Below, piece by piece: positions 24,721 to 33,723 of a DNA stretch of 46,061 nucleotides. Position numbers and translations under genes: made by a program. Within the stretch, counting starts at the first letter, position 1. Each line of letters starts with the position of its first letter. Under the pieces are notes generated by a model that ran no database searches, was not told where the DNA came from, and saw nothing but the letters and a program-made list of their open reading frames with translations. This DNA comes from an uncultured Coriobacteriia bacterium (GTDB taxonomy: Bacteria > Actinomycetota > Aquicultoria > CAYWVN01): assembly GCA_964461725.1 (NCBI GenBank), contig CAYWVN010000002.1, positions 1 to 46,061 on the forward strand. Reading direction: 5' to 3'.

Positions 24721-25389
24721 CTATACCTCCAGCCAATCGACGACCTCGTAGTCGCGCGGTGGGGCGGCAGGCTCTTCATCGGGATAGCCTACCAGAATCA
24801 ACGACACGACCTCCCGTCCGTCCAGAGCAAGAAGCTGAGCCAACTGGTCCTTTACCCACACCGCGGCGGTGCAGCAACACGTCCCAAGGCCGGACTCATA
24901 TGCCTTGAGCTGCATGTTCTGAATCGCACACCCCGCCGCCAGCAGATAGTTGACTCGGTCCAGATGGTTGTCGCTCTTGGGCACGCTCAGCATGATAAGG
25001 ACGGGCGCGCCGCCCAGGTCGACGAAGAACCTCTTCGCCGCCTCACGGTGCTTGCGCCCCATCGAAGCCAACGCGTCTTGGAGATGGACCGTACACATCC
25101 CCACAACGGAGGCGACCTGATCACGGGTCTTGCCGCCCGCCACGTGGAAACACCATGGCTGCAGGTTGAAACTGGAGGGGGCCTGCACGCCGCCGCCTAT
25201 CAGCCCGGCAAGCATCTTCTTGGGTACGGGGTCGGCCTGGTAGCGCAGAACCGTCCGCCGGTTGGCGATGGCACGCTCGAGCGCCAGCGTGATCACCCCC
25301 GTCTGCTTGCGGCCGGCCTCGCCTCGGCCGGTGAACCCAGCGCACTCGTCGGCAGTATCCCATGCACGAGCCGGCACTTCAACACACAC
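24721..25389 (-). CDS. Nitroreductase-family protein
   Basis: RRTVLRYQADPVPKKMLAGLIGGGVQAPSSFNLQPW... and the C-terminal LILVGYPDE are typical of nitroreductases. The start is uncertain (ATG 25389 or GTG 25296). Confidence 0.75.
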   Translation of the reverse strand: MCVEVPARAWDTADECAGFTGRGEAGRKQTGVITLALERAIANRRTVLRYQADPVPKKMLAGLIGGGVQAPSSFNLQPWCFHVAGGKTRDQVASVVGMCTVHLQDALASMGRKHREAAKRFFVDLGGAPVLIMLSVPKSDNHLDRVNYLLAAGCAIQNMQLKAYESGLGTCCCTAAVWVKDQLAQLLALDGREVVSLILVGYPDEEPAAPPRDYEVVDWLEV

Positions 25390-25566
25390 AACCTGCTCCC
25401 CTATTGATTCGCGCGCCCGAGTCTGATTACCTCAAGTGTGTGGGCGGCAGCACCTCCGTCACCCACAGGGGGAACATACGGCTCACGTAACAACTGCTAC
25501 AATTGCCTAAGGACCACCCGTCCGGTCGCCGATGAGAGTGTACAGAGGCTAGGCAGGGAGAAGCAG

Positions 25567-27228
25567 ATGAATACCACCGGCCAGGGTGGGGCTGAGTCCG
25601 ACGACCTCGGCCCTTGGCGCACTGGGTTGTTCCTCTCGCGGGCGGACGGTGCCATCAGCAGCGTGATCGACGTCGACGAGGTCGGCGCTTCCTACCCCCA
25701 TCTGACGGCGGTCGAAGTCCTAGATGACTTCTTCTCCGCAGCCAACAGGCGCCGTCTCTTCACCTCCATCCAGAAGAACCGTCTGGATGGCGTCGTGCTG
25801 GCCGCGGAGTCGCCTTTCTACTACGAGAACTCCCTTTCCGGCTCCCTCTTCCTCGATGAGCTCATCGAACTCGGCATCAACGTGAACCAGATCGGCTATG
25901 CCAACCTTCTCGAGCATGTCGCGCTGCCGCACAAAGGACGGCGGAAGCTCGCCACCATCAAGGCCCGCGCTCTCATCGACGTGGCCTTGGCCAAGGTGCA
26001 CCGGTCCCACCCTGTCGAGATGGTCATCATCGCGCCCCGCCAGTCGGTGTGCATCTTCGGCACCACAATCGGTGGCATCTTCGCCGCCCAGCGGTTCCTC
26101 GAAGCGGGCTTCCGGGTCGACCTCATGGAGGAGCAGGAGGACGTGCGAAGCCGCAGTGACAGCCAGTCGGACTTCGCCTTCACCCTGGGCTATGTCGAAA
26201 GCCACCCGCGGGCGACCTTCCACTTCGGCGTGCGCATCGCCGACGTGTACGGATGGTGCGGAGACTACACAGTCGAGTACGTGGAGGACGGCCGGGCTAG
26301 AACGCTGAACGCCGGCGGCCTGGTCGTGGCCTTGGGCGACGACCGGGACTGGACGGCGCGCCTCCAGCCGCTGGTGCAGATCGACACCGACGAGGAAGGC
26401 CGGTTCCGCGTGAAGAACCCGACCACCCTGCCGGTGCAGACGCGGGACCCGGGCAAAGTCGTCATTCCGTGGACCGGCGAGACCCGCATCCACGAGGAGG
26501 TAGCCTACGCGGACTCCGCCACCCTCACACTGCAGATACCGCTCAGCAAGAAGGAGATAGGACACGCGCTGGTCATGTCGGAACTGGACGAGGACGTGTG
26601 CGGCGGATGCGGGACGTGCGTACGCACCTGCGCCTTCCGGGCCACGACCATCGACCAGGCGCAACGCGTCTCGGTGATCGACCCACGCCGCTGCCGGGGC
26701 TGCGGCAACTGCGTGGTGGCGTGCCCGGTGGCGGCGCGGGACTTAGTAAACTACACCGACCAGTACATCACCGACGCCATCCGCATCCTGGGCGCGGGAC
26801 CGCCGCTGGGCAAGATCAGGATCCTGGCCATGCTCTGCGACGGCTGCGGCTATCCGGCCGCCGACCGGGCCGGGCGCATGGCTGCCGAGGACAAGAGCCT
26901 GCGCTATGAGCCGTACGTGCTGCCGCTCGGTATCGAATGCGGCGGCCGAATCGACACCAAGTACGTGCTGCAGGCTCTGAACGTCGGGTTTGACGGCGTA
27001 ATCATCGCCCGCTGCCGGCGCGGCCACTGCCACAACATCATCGGTAACCGCGACATGGACGGGCGCATGAGCCTCTTCCGGACCGTCATGCGCGCGTTCG
27101 GGCTGGACGACGAACGCCTCCGCATCTTGGACATATCCCCCCAAGAGGGAGAGCGCTTCGCCCGCGAGATCCAGCGTTTCTCCACGGACATGGAGCGGCT
27201 CCGGAAGCAAGTCAAGCAGGTGAGGTAG
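25567..27228 (+). CDS. HdrA-like (degenerate dinucleotide-binding fold) / 2x[4Fe-4S] ferredoxin / MvhD fusion protein
   Basis: 553 aa from ATG 25567. Two ferredoxin motifs, CGGCGTCVRTC and CRGCGNCVVAC. The C-terminal MvhD/FlpD-like segment reads LCDGCGYPAAD...ECGGRID...IARCRRGHCHN. The N-terminal IFGTTIGGIFAAQRFLEAGFRVDLMEE resembles a Rossmann GxGxxG segment but does not conserve it. Confidence 0.75.
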   Translation: MNTTGQGGAESDDLGPWRTGLFLSRADGAISSVIDVDEVGASYPHLTAVEVLDDFFSAANRRRLFTSIQKNRLDGVVLAAESPFYYENSLSGSLFLDELIELGINVNQIGYANLLEHVALPHKGRRKLATIKARALIDVALAKVHRSHPVEMVIIAPRQSVCIFGTTIGGIFAAQRFLEAGFRVDLMEEQEDVRSRSDSQSDFAFTLGYVESHPRATFHFGVRIADVYGWCGDYTVEYVEDGRARTLNAGGLVVALGDDRDWTARLQPLVQIDTDEEGRFRVKNPTTLPVQTRDPGKVVIPWTGETRIHEEVAYADSATLTLQIPLSKKEIGHALVMSELDEDVCGGCGTCVRTCAFRATTIDQAQRVSVIDPRRCRGCGNCVVACPVAARDLVNYTDQYITDAIRILGAGPPLGKIRILAMLCDGCGYPAADRAGRMAAEDKSLRYEPYVLPLGIECGGRIDTKYVLQALNVGFDGVIIARCRRGHCHNIIGNRDMDGRMSLFRTVMRAFGLDDERLRILDISPQEGERFAREIQRFSTDMERLRKQVKQVR

Positions 27229-28260
27229 ATGGCAAAGAAGAGGACGGTCGCCACAGCCTGGCTGTCCGGGTGTTCCGGGTGCCACGTGGCCCTGCTAGAC
27301 CTGGGAGCGGAGCTCCTGGACTTCTTCCAGCAGATGCCGTTGGCCTGCTCTCCGCTGGCCGACACGCGCGTCTTCCCCGAAGTGCACGTGGCGCTGGTGG
27401 AGGGAGCGGTTGCGTCAGAAGCCGATCGAGAGCAGTTGCTCGGAATCCGCGAGAAGTCGACCTACCTAGTCGCGCTCGGCACCTGCGCGGTGTTCGGCGG
27501 CATCGCCGGCCTGAGGAATCTGGTTACCGGGGACGACGCGCTCGCCTGCACCTTCCAGGACGGCGACCAGATCGCGGGCGGAAGTCCGCCCGAGGCAGGC
27601 CAGGTACCCGCGCTCCTGGAGAAGGTCATGCCCTTGGAGGCGGTCGTCGCGGTCGACCTGGCCATCCCGGGGTGCCCCCCGACTTCGGCCATGATCGCCA
27701 AGGCCCTGGAGTCGCTGCTCAAAGACGAGATGCCGGTGTGGCCGTCGCGGAACTTGTGCGTGGAGTGCGATCGCGAGAGGCGGGACATCCTCATCCCCAA
27801 ACAGCAGTTCCTGAGCGACTCCGTCTACGCGCCGAAAGAGCTGCAGGAGTTGGTCGGCTCGGCCTTCCTGCTACCCCGGCGTCCGATGCACGCCGAGAGC
27901 GTCTACGGCTCGTTCGAGCTTCCTGAGATCGACCCCCACCTCTGCTTCCTCGAGCAGGGCGTGCTCTGCATGGGGCCGGCCACGCGTCAGGGTTGCCGAG
28001 CTAGGTGCTTGAACGTCAACGTGCCTTGTCGCGGTTGCTTCGGGCCCGCCCCCACCGCCCTGGAACAAGGTGCGAAGATGATCGACGCGTTGGCCGCCAT
28101 CCTACCGGCCGGCGCGCTCATGTTGATGGAAGACATCGTCGGCACCGGGTATCGATACTCGCTGGCCATGTCCGAGTACGGCCCCAGGCCGCAATCGAAG
28201 ACTCGGCCGGCGGCCCCGGGTGCCGGCCGCAGCCGCCGGAAGGGAGGCCGCCATGGCTAA
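27229..28260 (+). CDS. [NiFe]-hydrogenase small subunit (group 3, Mvh/Hox-like)
   Basis: 343 aa. Motifs WLSGCSGCHVALLD, GTCAVFGG and IPGCPP, plus C-terminal Cys clusters (CVECD, CMGPATRQGCRARC, CRGC). Confidence 0.85.
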   Translation: MAKKRTVATAWLSGCSGCHVALLDLGAELLDFFQQMPLACSPLADTRVFPEVHVALVEGAVASEADREQLLGIREKSTYLVALGTCAVFGGIAGLRNLVTGDDALACTFQDGDQIAGGSPPEAGQVPALLEKVMPLEAVVAVDLAIPGCPPTSAMIAKALESLLKDEMPVWPSRNLCVECDRERRDILIPKQQFLSDSVYAPKELQELVGSAFLLPRRPMHAESVYGSFELPEIDPHLCFLEQGVLCMGPATRQGCRARCLNVNVPCRGCFGPAPTALEQGAKMIDALAAILPAGALMLMEDIVGTGYRYSLAMSEYGPRPQSKTRPAAPGAGRSRRKGGRHG

Positions 28261-29719
28261 GGGCGCCAAGGCAAACAAGGCAACCGGCGCCGCAAGGAAG
28301 CCGGCCGCCGGGAAGACAAGGACGCTTCTGATCGAGCCGGTCAGCCGGGTCGAGGGGCACGCCCGGGTCACCGTCGAGACCGACACGGCCGGCCGCGTCA
28401 AGGGGGCGCGGTTCCACGTCGAGGAGTTCCGCGGCTTTGAAAGGTTCTGCGAAGGCCGCATGTTCTGGGAGATGCCGCTCATCGTAGGGCGCATCTGCGG
28501 AATCTGCCCTACCAGCCACCACCTTGCCTCGGTCAAGACCTGCGACGACCTTCTTGAGCTTGAGATACCGCCGACAGCCAAGATGCTGCGCGAACTGATG
28601 CTGCTCGGCGAGGTCATCAGCTCTCACGCCATCCACTGGTTCTACCTTGCCGCGCCGGATTTTCTCATCCCCGATGCGGCCCCCGCCGAGCGCAGCCTGA
28701 TCGGCCTGGCTAAGCGGCAACCGGAGATGGTCGGCCGAGCCGTCGAGCTCCGCCACATGGCCCAGCGCATCGTGACAGAAGTGGGAGGCCATCCGGTGCA
28801 ACCTGTGACCGCCATCCCCGGCGGTATGAGCCAACCACTCTCCCCAGCCGCCCGGCATCGCCTGCTCAAGGCGACCGAAGGCATCATCGAACATGGAGTG
28901 TTCGGTCTGGAGATCGCCAAGAAGGCCGTCCTTGAGGCCGGTGAGCGCTTCTCCGGGGTGCCCGCGCGGCCGACGGCCTTCATGGCCCTGTCGCAGAGCC
29001 GCGCTTTCGCCATGTACGACGGCGACCTCACCGTGATAGGCGCCGACGGCGTGGAAACCGACGGATTCCCGCCGTCTGAGTACTTCGACCACATCGCCGA
29101 ACACGTGGAGCCCTGGACCTACGTCAAGTTCCCCTTCCTGAAGAAAGCGGGGTTCCCGGGTGGAGTGTTCCGCTGCGGCCCGCTGGCCCGGCTCAACGTG
29201 GCCAACCGCATCGACACAGAACGGGCATCACGCGAGCTTCTGGAGTTCAAGGAACTGGTGCCAGGCCATCCGGTCCAGGGAACCATCTACTACCACTACG
29301 CGCGCCTTATCGAGGTCGTCTACGCGGCCGAGCGGATTCGCGCGCTGCTGGAGGACGACCGCATCGTGGACGGGGAAGTGCGCGTCCGGGCCACCCGCCA
29401 GGAGGGCGAGGGGATCGGACTCGTGGAGGCCCCGCGGGGCGTGCTCCTGCACCGCTATCGCGCCAATAAGTCCGGCAAGCTCGAGGGTGTGACCTTGATG
29501 GTGGCGACCGTCCACAACAACGCGGCCATAAACGCCGACGTACGGGAAGTGGCTCAGCGGCGAGGGGTCGCGCCGTCGCTGGCCGACGAGGCCGCCACTG
29601 AAATCGAGATGATAGTTCGCTGCTACGACCCCTGTTTGTCGTGCGCGACACACATGCTGGAAATGGTGCCGGCCAGGAGCCGCCGGGCACCCCGGGCTCC
29701 CGAGACAGAGAAACCGTAG
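28253..29719 (+). CDS. [NiFe]-hydrogenase large subunit
   Basis: ATG 28253 follows SD GGGAGG. Motifs RVEGH, RICGICPTSHH (N-terminal CxxC) and C-terminal DPCLSCATH followed by a 21-aa extension. There is also a Lys/Ala-rich 22-aa N-terminal tail. Confidence 0.9.
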   Translation: MAKGAKANKATGAARKPAAGKTRTLLIEPVSRVEGHARVTVETDTAGRVKGARFHVEEFRGFERFCEGRMFWEMPLIVGRICGICPTSHHLASVKTCDDLLELEIPPTAKMLRELMLLGEVISSHAIHWFYLAAPDFLIPDAAPAERSLIGLAKRQPEMVGRAVELRHMAQRIVTEVGGHPVQPVTAIPGGMSQPLSPAARHRLLKATEGIIEHGVFGLEIAKKAVLEAGERFSGVPARPTAFMALSQSRAFAMYDGDLTVIGADGVETDGFPPSEYFDHIAEHVEPWTYVKFPFLKKAGFPGGVFRCGPLARLNVANRIDTERASRELLEFKELVPGHPVQGTIYYHYARLIEVVYAAERIRALLEDDRIVDGEVRVRATRQEGEGIGLVEAPRGVLLHRYRANKSGKLEGVTLMVATVHNNAAINADVREVAQRRGVAPSLADEAATEIEMIVRCYDPCLSCATHMLEMVPARSRRAPRAPETEKP

Positions 29720-29728
29720 GGAGCATCG

Positions 29729-29977
29729 GTGATGGAGGTAACGGCGGCCCTCGAAGCGGTTGTGAAACCCCGGCTGGAGGACGCCTTCGGCAAGGGCATC
29801 GCCATGCTCATCGTGGTAAGCTCCGCCAACGGCGCCAACCTACCCCTAGTGGGCCTATCCAAGACACACTACACCAAGCTCATCAAGGCGATCTGTTGTG
29901 ACCATCGGGTAATGGAGCTGTGGGGAGATGCCGGCGCTGAAGCACAGGAGCGCGAATGGGCGATGCTGCTGGACTGA
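29729..29977 (+). CDS. Hypothetical 82-aa protein downstream of the hydrogenase genes
   Basis: Co-directional ORF starting 10 nt after the large-subunit stop. No motif recognised. Confidence 0.35.
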   Translation: MMEVTAALEAVVKPRLEDAFGKGIAMLIVVSSANGANLPLVGLSKTHYTKLIKAICCDHRVMELWGDAGAEAQEREWAMLLD

Positions 29978-29995
29978 GTCACCCAGCAACGGCAA

Positions 29996-30991
29996 TCAGT
30001 GTCCGGTCACTTTGAGATCCGCCGGGGACAGCGCCTCGATTGTCGCAAGAAAGCGGGTCCCACCGGAGTTCACGCCCTTCAGCTGGTAGTAGGGAATCAA
30101 GTACTTCTGGTCGTCGCCATCGGCATGGCTGTAATAGGCCAAATGCACTGAGAGCACGCGCCCAGAAGTTCCCGGAGCTGGGCGCTGCTCGCCTTGAGTC
30201 AGGATTTGACCGCGCCCGGACTCGATGCCACTTGCTGCGGCTTCTGGCGCGATAATCCGATACCTGGCTATGGGAGTGTCCTCCGCTTCACGCCAGACGC
30301 AGTCCGCTCCAACGATCTTGCCGGCGTCCCCAAACTCAACCCATATCTTCTCCCCGACTCCGGTCACCGGGATGCCGGATATCTCCCTGTGCCGAAACAC
30401 CGCCACAACCGAGAACGGATATGTGACGTCCTTGCCGTCCACGAGCCGGCTAGCCGTGTTCTTGACGACCCGGTCGAACTCAGCGCTTGGCTTCATCAAG
30501 CCGTTCTTGGCCAGGAAGTCCGTCGCCAGACGACGATACTCTTCGTCAGGCAGCACAGCACTCAACGGCTCAACTCCGGACTCCCCGGAAGCGGAAGAGT
30601 AGCTCCATCGGCCAGTCTGTTTGTTGACAACCAGTTCTCCTGACCCGGACCGCGCAAGGAATGCCCAATCGCGGTCCTGCACGGTCGCGCCCAACCCGAG
30701 GCGATCCGCCATGCCCTGTGCGGTCTGACGATCCACGTCCGCATTCCTGACCGCATACACCGGCACGTCGTCCGGCAGGGGGGGCAGCGTGCAGTCTATC
30801 GTCAACTCGCGGAGCACAAACGAGTGCGCTGCTCTAGCCAAGGGGGGCGTTTCCAGCCGTCGACCCCGGGCTGCACCGACGACATCGGAGACCGATTTGC
30901 CGCAGCCAGCCAGAAGGCCTAGCGCGCCTGCTAGCGCAAACAGCAGGCGAACATGACGATGCGCTGTGTCGATCCAGCGAGCACTCTCCAC
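29996..30991 (-). CDS. Predicted lipoprotein, unknown function
   Basis: Probable GTG start at 30991 (SD GAGGA), 8 nt after the upstream stop. The signal peptide with lipobox reads RLLFALAGALGLLAGC. The track ORF extends to 31156 and overlaps the upstream gene. Confidence 0.6.
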   Translation of the reverse strand: MESARWIDTAHRHVRLLFALAGALGLLAGCGKSVSDVVGAARGRRLETPPLARAAHSFVLRELTIDCTLPPLPDDVPVYAVRNADVDRQTAQGMADRLGLGATVQDRDWAFLARSGSGELVVNKQTGRWSYSSASGESGVEPLSAVLPDEEYRRLATDFLAKNGLMKPSAEFDRVVKNTASRLVDGKDVTYPFSVVAVFRHREISGIPVTGVGEKIWVEFGDAGKIVGADCVWREAEDTPIARYRIIAPEAAASGIESGRGQILTQGEQRPAPGTSGRVLSVHLAYYSHADGDDQKYLIPYYQLKGVNSGGTRFLATIEALSPADLKVTGH

Positions 30992-30998
30992 GTCATCC

Positions 30999-31808
30999 TC
31001 AAGTGTTGTAGTCCAAACGCACGTAGTTGCTCTTGTTGTCCCAGTAGCGCCCCGGGTCGCTGCTGACAGTGCCATAGCGCCACAGGTGGTCTTCGGCGCA
31101 AGGTTTCGCGGTGAACACACTGGGTCCGTTCCCATCGGGCTGCGTTTCCTGCGCATACTTCACCCATGAACTCTTGACCGTGTAGCTCATGATTGCCCAG
31201 TTAGAGAAATGCGTACCACCATTGGCATGAAGTGTCATGTCGGTTCGATAGCCACAGATCGAATGCAGTCCGTCGCACACACGGCCATACACATCACGGT
31301 TGGACCCCTCCAGGAAATGGCACGTGAACGCCAGCAACCACTCTGCGTCCTTGTCCCCCAAGTCCATTTCTGTGGTTTCGGCATACCAGTCGTCCATCTG
31401 AATCTGGAATACGAACTTGTTACTCCATCCGTGTCCCGCCCAGGCAACGAGGTCCACGTCGTCTGCGGCATAGTCGTCGTCGCCCCCAAGCCTGGACGTG
31501 TCCTTGAAGTCCCGCTCCCAAGCCAGGTCTTCGCCATACGAGAACTGCCAGCCCCAGCCCGTGTCCGGATCGTCCACGATATCCTTCAGCGTTTCCGCAT
31601 TTCCCCTTGCAGAGGGTCGCGCCATCCCTGCAGCTGGCCCCGTGTCGTATTCTGTAACCCACTCCACGCCTATTTCCACCGGGCTCCCAGACGGATCAGC
31701 CCACGCGACAGCAGGGACTGAGGCGCAAGCGCATATCCCCAGTAAGCCTGCGACGACCCACCTACGGAGAGCCCTCAAAGCGTCCTCCAGGTTCACGCTT
31801 GACCGCAT
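30999..31808 (-). CDS. Secreted protein with a possible His/Cys (clan CD peptidase-like) dyad
   Basis: 269 aa. Signal peptide RRWVVAGLLGICACASVPAVAWA. The segments AWAGHGW and LLAFTCHFL resemble the HG...(A/T)C arrangement of caspase/gingipain-like folds, but the similarity is weak. Confidence 0.55.
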   Translation of the reverse strand: MRSSVNLEDALRALRRWVVAGLLGICACASVPAVAWADPSGSPVEIGVEWVTEYDTGPAAGMARPSARGNAETLKDIVDDPDTGWGWQFSYGEDLAWERDFKDTSRLGGDDDYAADDVDLVAWAGHGWSNKFVFQIQMDDWYAETTEMDLGDKDAEWLLAFTCHFLEGSNRDVYGRVCDGLHSICGYRTDMTLHANGGTHFSNWAIMSYTVKSSWVKYAQETQPDGNGPSVFTAKPCAEDHLWRYGTVSSDPGRYWDNKSNYVRLDYNT

Positions 31809-31857
31809 CCGACCCCACCCACATGCGACAACGGAACATCACATCTTGCCTGCATTC

Positions 31858-31886
31858 AGGCTATGTGCGGGGGGGTGTCATGTCAA
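31858..31886 (-). promoter_or_regulatory. Sigma-70-like promoter for the secreted-protein operon
   Basis: On the minus strand: TTGACA (31886-31881), a 17-nt spacer, then TAGCCT (31863-31858). This predicts a 5' UTR of about 43 nt before ATG 31808. Confidence 0.5.
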
Positions 31887-31889
31887 TGC

Positions 31890-31911
31890 GTGAAACGTCC
31901 GTGAAACGTCC
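31890..31911. repeat. Tandem 11-nt direct repeat (gtgaaacgtcc x2) abutting the -35 element, with related ACGTCC/GGACGT copies to 31932
   Basis: 31890-31900 and 31901-31911 are identical. Downstream, GGACGTGCGTCC (31921-31932) contains the same hexamer inverted. Confidence 0.6.
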
Positions 31912-32079
31912 GTCTCTTCTGGACGTGCGTCCAGGCCACGGAGTCCCGAACTCCCGCCCCAAGACCGCCGGAGCACGGGAACTCGAGTCGACCCAACTCG
32001 TCGACTGGTCGGCCGGAGGTATCCGGAGACATCTAGGACTGGGTGGGCCCATGTGTTGCGGTGGGAGCGCAGGTTTCGT

Positions 32080-33576
32080 CTAGGCCGTGGCGGGGACGCC
32101 ACTGTCCTCGAGCTGCGCCACCGGTTCGCTCTCGATCACGCGGATGAGCGCCTCCACCGCCATCGGGTCGAGTTGGGTGCCCGCCACCCGCCGCAACTCC
32201 GCAACCGCCTCGTCGTAGCTCATGGCCTTGCGGTACGGACGGTCGGCGGTCATCGCTTCGAATGTGTCGCAGACGGCCAGCACCCGCGACTGCATCGGTA
32301 TGTCTTCTCCCCCGATCCCGTCCAGATAGCCGGCGCCGTCGAATCGCTCGTGGTGGTGATAGATGATGTCGATGGCGTCGGTCAGGCTCTCGATCGGCTG
32401 CAGGATAGCCGCCCCGATGGCAGGATGCTGCTTGACCTGCTCGAACTCTTCATCGGTGAGCCGCGACGGCTTGAGCAGAATCTGCTCCGGAACGCCGATC
32501 TTGCCGACGTCGTGCAGGAGAGCTGAGGTCTCCAGCAGCTTCAGCTCCGCCGCCGCCATACCCATCTCCCGTCCGACAGACACCGCCAACTCGGTCACGC
32601 GCACCGAGTGCCCCCGCGTGTAGCGGTCCTTGGCCTCGATGGCCTGCACGAGCGCCGCGATCGTGCTAAGGTTCGCCTTCTCCATCTGCTTGAAGAGCCT
32701 GGCAGTTTGAATGTAGATGGCGGCCTGCCTGGCGATCGAGGAGAAGAGCTGGAGGTCCCGCTTGGCGAACGTCTTTGCGCCCCGCTTGTCGTTTATCGAG
32801 ATGACGCCCAGGACTTCGTCTCTCGTCTTCAAGGGCACGCACATCGCGTCCTTGACATTGCGTACGCCGTCGAACCGGTGATCCTCGACACCGTCAAGCA
32901 GGAGCAGCGGCTCGCCGGTCTGCGCGACATAGCCGGAAATCCCTTCGCCCAGACGCCGCTTCACGTTGTCGACCAGTCGTTGGTCCAGGTCGCGAGCTGC
33001 GGCGATGGTCAGGGTGTCGCCGTCCTCCTCCAGGAGCATGATGGAGCCGGAGGTGGCCCGCATGAACTTGATGCACATGTGAAGCAACCGATCCAGCCGC
33101 ATCTCCAAACTCAAGTTCTCTGCCAGCGTCTCGCTCAGCTTGAGGTAGAACTGCAGCTCAGCGATGTGCTGGTCCCGCTCGAAGAGCACTCCCTGCAGCT
33201 TGTCGCGGCTGGTGCGCTGCCGCTCTACGAAGCTGTAGGCGGCAAACGCCGTGCCGGCGATCAGGACCACCCGGATGGCCAACTCCATTATGTAGGTCGT
33301 CGGCGCCTGACGGACCGCCTCGAAGCCGATGGCGAGCACGAAGGCCGACGCGAACAGGGTTGCGGAGACGGCTGTGAACCATATGACATAGCGGCGCGAG
33401 CAGTAGAAGGCGGCCGCAATCACGGGCACGAAGAACAGGATGTCCGTCAAGTGGGCAAGGTCGCGGCGCTGCCACGCGTACATCAAGCCGCTGACAGAGA
33501 CCAGGAACGTTATCAGCAGTATGGGCAACCGCCCGGCCGCGATGCGCTCGGCGCGGCCCGCCTCAGGTGTTCGCAC
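32080..33576 (-). CDS. Membrane-anchored GAF / HD-GYP c-di-GMP phosphodiesterase
   Basis: 498 aa with a GTG start. N-terminal TM helices, a GAF-like middle region, and an HD-GYP domain (HSVRV, LLHDVGKIGVP, HHERFDGAGYLDG). Confidence 0.9.
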   Translation of the reverse strand: MRTPEAGRAERIAAGRLPILLITFLVSVSGLMYAWQRRDLAHLTDILFFVPVIAAAFYCSRRYVIWFTAVSATLFASAFVLAIGFEAVRQAPTTYIMELAIRVVLIAGTAFAAYSFVERQRTSRDKLQGVLFERDQHIAELQFYLKLSETLAENLSLEMRLDRLLHMCIKFMRATSGSIMLLEEDGDTLTIAAARDLDQRLVDNVKRRLGEGISGYVAQTGEPLLLLDGVEDHRFDGVRNVKDAMCVPLKTRDEVLGVISINDKRGAKTFAKRDLQLFSSIARQAAIYIQTARLFKQMEKANLSTIAALVQAIEAKDRYTRGHSVRVTELAVSVGREMGMAAAELKLLETSALLHDVGKIGVPEQILLKPSRLTDEEFEQVKQHPAIGAAILQPIESLTDAIDIIYHHHERFDGAGYLDGIGGEDIPMQSRVLAVCDTFEAMTADRPYRKAMSYDEAVAELRRVAGTQLDPMAVEALIRVIESEPVAQLEDSGVPATA

Positions 33577-33578
33577 GT

Positions 33579-33661
33579 TGTAACCTCCAGAGCTGCGCTT
33601 CTCCGTGCAGGCAGCATCTGTATCGGCATCAGGGCTGGAAAGACTTTAGCCGGAGGTTACA
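33579..33661 (-). promoter_or_regulatory. 5' UTR helix able to sequester the SD of the HD-GYP gene
   Basis: gtaacctcc (33580-33588, complement of the SD GGAGGTTAC) and ggaggttac (33652-33660) are perfect 9-10 bp inverted repeats 63 nt apart. In the mRNA the upstream GUAACCUCC can pair with the GGAGGUUAC SD located 4 nt before GTG 33576. Confidence 0.4.
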
Positions 33662-33723
33662 GCCAGGGGGAAAAGGGCCGGTCGAGACGCCCAGCCGTCA
33701 AGACTCAAAGGGTGCGGGCGGAA

